This document shows, one piece after another, positions 34,304-35,789 of a stretch of DNA of 35,789 nt. The stretch's first letter is position 1, and each line of letters opens with the position of its first letter. This DNA comes from Catajapyx aquilonaris (lineage: Eukaryota). A program made the translations under genes and the position numbers. The stretch covers positions 1 to 35,789 of the forward strand of contig KZ539038.1 of the NCBI GenBank assembly GCA_000934665.2, given 5' to 3'. The notes below the pieces were generated by a model. The model searched no databases and was not told the DNA's origin. It saw nothing but the letters and a program-made list of their open reading frames with translations.

Positions 34304-34306
34304 TAA
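31951..34306 (+). CDS. Partial eIF4G paralogue (MIF4G-only), ~423 aa if expressed; young gene or intact pseudogene
   Basis: Copies of E10-E13 at 31921-32010, 32102-32278, 32351-32488 and 33410-34270 with GT/AG sites retained. ATG at 31951, no internal stop or frameshift, read-through to TAA at 34304-34306. Confidence 0.6.
32516..33025. mobile_element. MITE in an intron of the duplicate, absent from the parental intron
   Basis: 21-bp TIR gggtcattcccacatgccaca / tgtggcatgtgggaatggccc (1 mismatch). The empty site is visible near 20195-20205. Confidence 0.85.
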
Positions 34307-34392
34307 TGTGTATCCAGCGTACACAGTTGTGCTGGAAAACATTCTAATTGTGTATTCAGTGTACACAAATTGTACACTTCCTCCTTCCTGTT

Positions 34393-35480
34393 ATGATGGG
34401 TGTTCATAAAGTTCGCGACTTTTCCTTGTAAAGCAAGAGGTAGGAAAACAATATTTTATTTTTCAACATATTCTCCTTTCATGTTAATAATCTTTGTCTC
34501 GAGTTTCTCCCATTTTTCTCTCCAGTCCCCCAAAAGTGGTTTGTGAAACCCACCCAACACCTCCTCCGCAGCAGAAATCACTTCATAGACAGATCCATCT
34601 ACCCTTCCGTAAAGTTGACTGATATTGGGGATTAGGAAAAGGCTGAAAGTTTCGCTTTGTAGTAGTAACCGTGCAAAAAAGTCTCCCTTGTCACGAGGAA
34701 AAAATCCCGAATTATAATATCATACCCCATTGAAGCAGTTCTGGCTTTTTAGGGGGGAGATTTGTTTTTTTGGCTGGAACTCTTGTAAACTTTATTTCGC
34801 TTTTTGGGACGGGATAGGGATGGAAGGAAGCGGCTGTGGCCTATTAACTAGGAAACAACTCCGGTATTCACCTGGAGGAACCGTGGGAAACCACAGAAAA
34901 CCACGGTCGGAGTTGCCGGCACCGGGATTCGAACCTCGAACCCAGGACCTCCCGATTAGCAGGCGGACTCCATATCCACTACACCAACCTGCTTCGGTAA
35001 AAAAAAAATCCCGAATTGGTCTGTGACAGCTCAGCTTGAGTGGCAAACTGTGAGGCTGAGTGGTACCCAATGAGAGGTAACCTAGCTGGAGCAAAGGTGT
35101 TGATGAAGGATGGTATCTACCACAGCCAAACCGATGGCCAGGACCTCTTCTATGTACCACACTGTCAACCACACTGCCGGTTTCCCATTACCTTGGTCTC
35201 CACAGCAGAGATGTTTTCACAGCAATCACTGGCCTTCCCAAGTGGGGGTCATCATCCATGCTCTCTTTCCCACACTTGAAGCATACCACCCATCTCGTAA
35301 CCGTTGGGTATGATGGACAACAGCCCCTCATTGTCTCTGGCATGTTCTTATAAATCTCCAAGTGCTCGTCTTTTTTCGAAGTGAGATATTTGATCACAGA
35401 ATGATGCTCAGTGTTGTCCTTGCAGAAGACTCACTGCACTTTGCACTACTCTCAATTTTTTCGTCCCTTTTATATGATAC
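34393..35480 (-). mobile_element. Decayed mariner transposon (transposase pseudogene)
   Basis: N-terminal HTH-like IKYL..CPSYPTVTRWV..FKCGKESMDDDPHLGRP (35397-35188), a WVPLSL motif near 35060 after an in-frame stop, C-terminal KGEYVEK* near 34460, and a TIR-like end at 34393. Confidence 0.85.
34791..34998 (-). mobile_element. tRNA-derived SINE inserted in the mariner
   Basis: A box TGGTGTAGTGG, B box GGTTCGAATCC, non-tRNA body and A-rich tail. Confidence 0.85.
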
Positions 35481-35483
35481 ATA

Positions 35484-35789
35484 CAGGGTGTTTACGACCT
35501 AACTTTACAAACTTCCAGGGGTAATAGAGGGGACCAAGACAAACATTTTTGACATAGGAACCCGTGTCCGGAAACGCCATCTAGAGGGGGTTCATAGACG
35601 AGGAACGGGTGCGCTCAGACGCGTCACGCGAGAGGCGCTAGGGGAGCGGCCTGTTTTGTTGATAGATGGCGCGCAGTTGTTGCCAGGTTATGGCGTATCG
35701 CGTCGTTGTAAGTAAACAACAACGCGATACGCCATAACCTGGCAACAACAGAACCGCTGTTGGCTATCCGCGCGTCTCCTAGGAGGCGG
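35484..35789. mobile_element. Tc1/mariner-type MITE, truncated by the window end
   Basis: TA|CAGGGTG start, CpG-rich body, 34-bp hairpin at 35676-35749. Confidence 0.6.

Noticed and set aside
34915..34998. Possible tRNA genes here and at 25780-25853
   Set aside because: A/B boxes are present but continue into SINE bodies with tails (and a TSD for the 25503-25854 copy). No clean cloverleaf.
1..35789. Prokaryotic systems (CRISPR arrays, operons, defence loci)
   Set aside because: No regularly spaced repeats or dense ORFs. The window is clearly spliceosomal eukaryotic DNA.

Overview
Animal (probably insect/arthropod, inferred from the transposon types and CpG-depleted gene body) genomic DNA dominated by one intron-rich + strand gene for eukaryotic translation initiation factor 4 gamma (eIF4G). 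I reconstructed 20 coding exons from ATG 2529 to TGA 28872 (2008 aa), plus a probable extra first exon at 84-159 (2043 aa). They include the PABP-binding, eIF4E-binding (YGRDFLL), MIF4G, MA3 and W2 regions and one GC-AG intron. Downstream (31591-~34303) is a diverged partial tandem duplicate of exons 10-13. It keeps an open frame and all splice sites and could encode a ~423-aa MIF4G-only 'mini-eIF4G'. It is preceded by CpG-rich DNA with three E2F/CDE-4nt-CHR (DREAM-type) motifs. The intron after exon 18 holds a box C/D snoRNA complementary to 28S rRNA next to the peptidyl transferase centre. A CpG-rich island in intron 7 may be an internal promoter. The introns carry many MITEs, two Helitron-like elements and tRNA-derived SINEs, and a decayed mariner lies near the window end. 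There is an assembly gap at 15426-15484.
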